In this document: in pieces, positions 4,762 through 6,156 of the stretch | How the letters are laid out: every line of letters begins with the position of its first letter | Position numbering within the stretch: the first letter of the stretch is position 1 | Virus record (IMG/VR): IMGVR_UViG_3300020030_000043 | Location: 1-6,156 of that record | Direction: 5' to 3' (one strand) | DNA length: 6,156 nucleotides | Source: a virus | Made by a program: the position numbers and the translations under genes | Notes under the pieces: generated by a model | Told to the model about the DNA's origin: nothing | The model's input: the letters and a program-made list of their open reading frames with translations, nothing else | Database searches by the model: none

Positions 4762-5058
4762 CTATTTTTCTTCAAGGTTAGAGGGTTTCGCAGGAGCCTT
4801 TGCTCTATCTATCTCTGAATCAATGAGTTCCTGACCAACCTCGAGACCATCGAACTTATCCATACGGGAGAAGGAATTAGGGTCAAAATCAATCTCGGGA
4901 TTGAACTTTTCGCCCTTATCGAAGTCAGACGGAGACGCCTCGACATCTGGGCGACCAGGGAGGACATCAACAGAACCAGAACCGTTCAGAACAGAAAGAA
5001 TGCGCTGACCACGAGAAATATAGGTGGGAGCATCCTCAAGTAACCAATTAAGTGCCAT
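4762..5058 (-). CDS. Hypothetical acidic 98-aa protein directly downstream of the capsid gene, a possible scaffolding-type protein
   Basis: The start is ATG at 5058, 12 nt after the capsid stop, and the stop is TAG at 4764-4762. By hand count it has about 20 Asp/Glu against 11 Lys/Arg. The sequence is low-complexity and looks disordered. The function is inferred only from position and charge. Confidence 0.55.
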   Translation of the reverse strand: MALNWLLEDAPTYISRGQRILSVLNGSGSVDVLPGRPDVEASPSDFDKGEKFNPEIDFDPNSFSRMDKFDGLEVGQELIDSEIDRAKAPAKPSNLEEK

Positions 5059-5070
5059 AAGATGAATGCG

Positions 5071-6156
5071 TTAGCGATTAGACAAACGGGTTGCAAATGT
5101 TTTATTGACCAAGTTCTTCTTCTGGACGGAATACGAAAGATTGACGAAGAAATTATCTTCCAGCTTAGAGGCAAACGGAGAGTTTACTTGATCAATGTCC
5201 ACGAACAAAAGGGAATAGTAAGTGTTATAGCTCGCCGACAGAACACGCTGTTGGACCCAATAAGAATAAAGAGGGACGCTGTTAGAGGCTCTTTGGAATC
5301 GAGACAGCTGACCAAGAACCTCGTCAAACGAGGAACGAAACTCGTTGAAACAAGGCTCGTAGGCCACAGCTTCTGAGGCCGAGGTGGTTCCAAATCCGAA
5401 TTGGAATCCGGGGACATCCTGATACCCAATATCATTATAGATCGGATTGAAATAATCGGCACCGGTATAATGGAGGTAGTCAGGGTAAACACCTGCCCAA
5501 TAGTAAACGGGGCGAATGCTCAGCATATCAATCATATAGCCAGGCTCGCGGAAGTAATAAGACTGACGGCGACCGAGACGATCATTGAAGGCAATTGCAC
5601 CGCCTTGTTGTCCCAGGGGGCCATTTACGCTCGGGCCGGCAAAATTGTTTTGTCCGGCCTGATTCATAACAATCTGAACGTTAACAGTCTGAGATGCGCT
5701 AAACAACAATTTAGGCCGATCGACGTGTTCGATTTTCGAGGCAAAAAAAGTCTCCAACCAGTCACTATAACGAGAACCTCCAGCGCCAAGCAAGTCCTTA
5801 TATTCCTGAAGACGCGAAGCAATAGCCAGCTGCGGTATGGTTGAAACGCCGGACATGGAGACGCCCTCGGAGCTACCAACAGGAAGCAATCGACTATAGC
5901 GGTCGGGATTCGAAGGTATAACGGCCATCGGATGAGCGACAAGGAACGATCCGAGCGTAGTAACAGTTGTAGAGGCGGCACCAGTAGAGAATTGATTTGC
6001 AGGACCCGCGGTGGTCAGCGAAGTGTTTCCGGGATAGATGGTAGAGACGGGGTAGCCATCCCTGGACGCGGTAATCGTGGCGCCAAGGTCTGAAAGCAAT
6101 ATCTGAGAGAAGAGATTTCCTCTGTTATATGTATTGTTCGACGACGCCACAGACGA
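5071..6156 (-). CDS. Major capsid protein (VP1), C-terminal portion. Bases 6036-6156 duplicate 1-121.
   Basis: The track ORF of 359 aa starts at a GTG that is internal, not a real start. The reading frame stays open to the window edge and joins feature 1..826 through the terminal repeat. The full protein is 237 + 359 = 596 aa. The C-terminal part is rich in Gly, Tyr, Phe, Asn and Ser, as expected for a jelly-roll capsid protein. The stop codon is at 5071-5073. Confidence 0.9.
   Translation of the reverse strand, partial: SSVASSNNTYNRGNLFSQILLSDLGATITASRDGYPVSTIYPGNTSLTTAGPANQFSTGAASTTVTTLGSFLVAHPMAVIPSNPDRYSRLLPVGSSEGVSMSGVSTIPQLAIASRLQEYKDLLGAGGSRYSDWLETFFASKIEHVDRPKLLFSASQTVNVQIVMNQAGQNNFAGPSVNGPLGQQGGAIAFNDRLGRRQSYYFREPGYMIDMLSIRPVYYWAGVYPDYLHYTGADYFNPIYNDIGYQDVPGFQFGFGTTSASEAVAYEPCFNEFRSSFDEVLGQLSRFQRASNSVPLYSYWVQQRVLSASYNTYYSLLFVDIDQVNSPFASKLEDNFFVNLSYSVQKKNLVNKTFATRLSNR
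6036..6156. repeat. Right copy of the exact 121-nt terminal direct repeat
   Basis: This copy is identical to 1-121. The repeat lies inside the capsid coding frame, which stays open across the junction. Confidence 0.97.

Noticed and set aside
131-5844. All ten plus-strand ORFs in the track (131..358, 947..1285, 1514..1942, 2213..2398, 2445..2684, 2693..3085, 3613..3951, 3776..4060, 5062..5376, 5401..5844)
   Set aside because: Each lies antisense to a minus-strand gene with strong motif support, or to the structured noncoding region. Their translations are low-complexity and rich in Arg, Ser, Ile and Leu, with no motifs. Microviridae encode all genes on the viral strand. Antisense frames of real genes commonly stay open for 100-150 codons.
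1833-5981. Other minus-strand alternative-frame ORFs (1833..2033, 2635..2904, 3069..3314, 4986..5174, 5184..5492, 5664..5981)
   Set aside because: These are nested in or straddle better-supported genes. They have no motifs, and their compositions are typical of off-frame translation.

Overview
The window is one complete, circularly permuted genome of a small ssDNA phage of the family Microviridae, with a non-phiX174 (gokushovirus- or alpavirus-like) gene set. Positions 1-121 are repeated exactly at 6036-6156. The unit genome is therefore 6035 nt, and the window ends are a terminal redundancy of the kind produced when a circle is assembled. All credible genes lie on the minus strand of the window, which is the viral/mRNA-sense strand. 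In transcription order they are: a 66-aa ORF (2100->1900), Rep VP4 (1900->830), major capsid VP1 (826->1, continuing 6035->5071, 596 aa in total), a 98-aa acidic protein, a doubtful 67-aa Arg-rich ORF, a 63-aa lipobox protein, pilot/minor capsid VP2 (4338->3082), an 80-nt T-rich spacer, two small unknown ORFs (3001->2681 and 2669->2346), and a 245-nt highly structured noncoding region (2345->2101). The supplied ORF track omits the N-terminal 275 codons of the capsid gene because that ORF runs off the left edge. I see no rRNA, tRNA, CRISPR array, transposase or recognisable defence system. The items worth follow-up are the small lipoprotein-like gene coupled to VP2, the Arg/Cys/His-rich ORF whose locus also folds into a closed structure, the GC-rich three-way junction in the large noncoding region, and the VP2-distal two-gene cassette of unknown function. 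All product calls come from reading motifs by eye, since no database search was possible.
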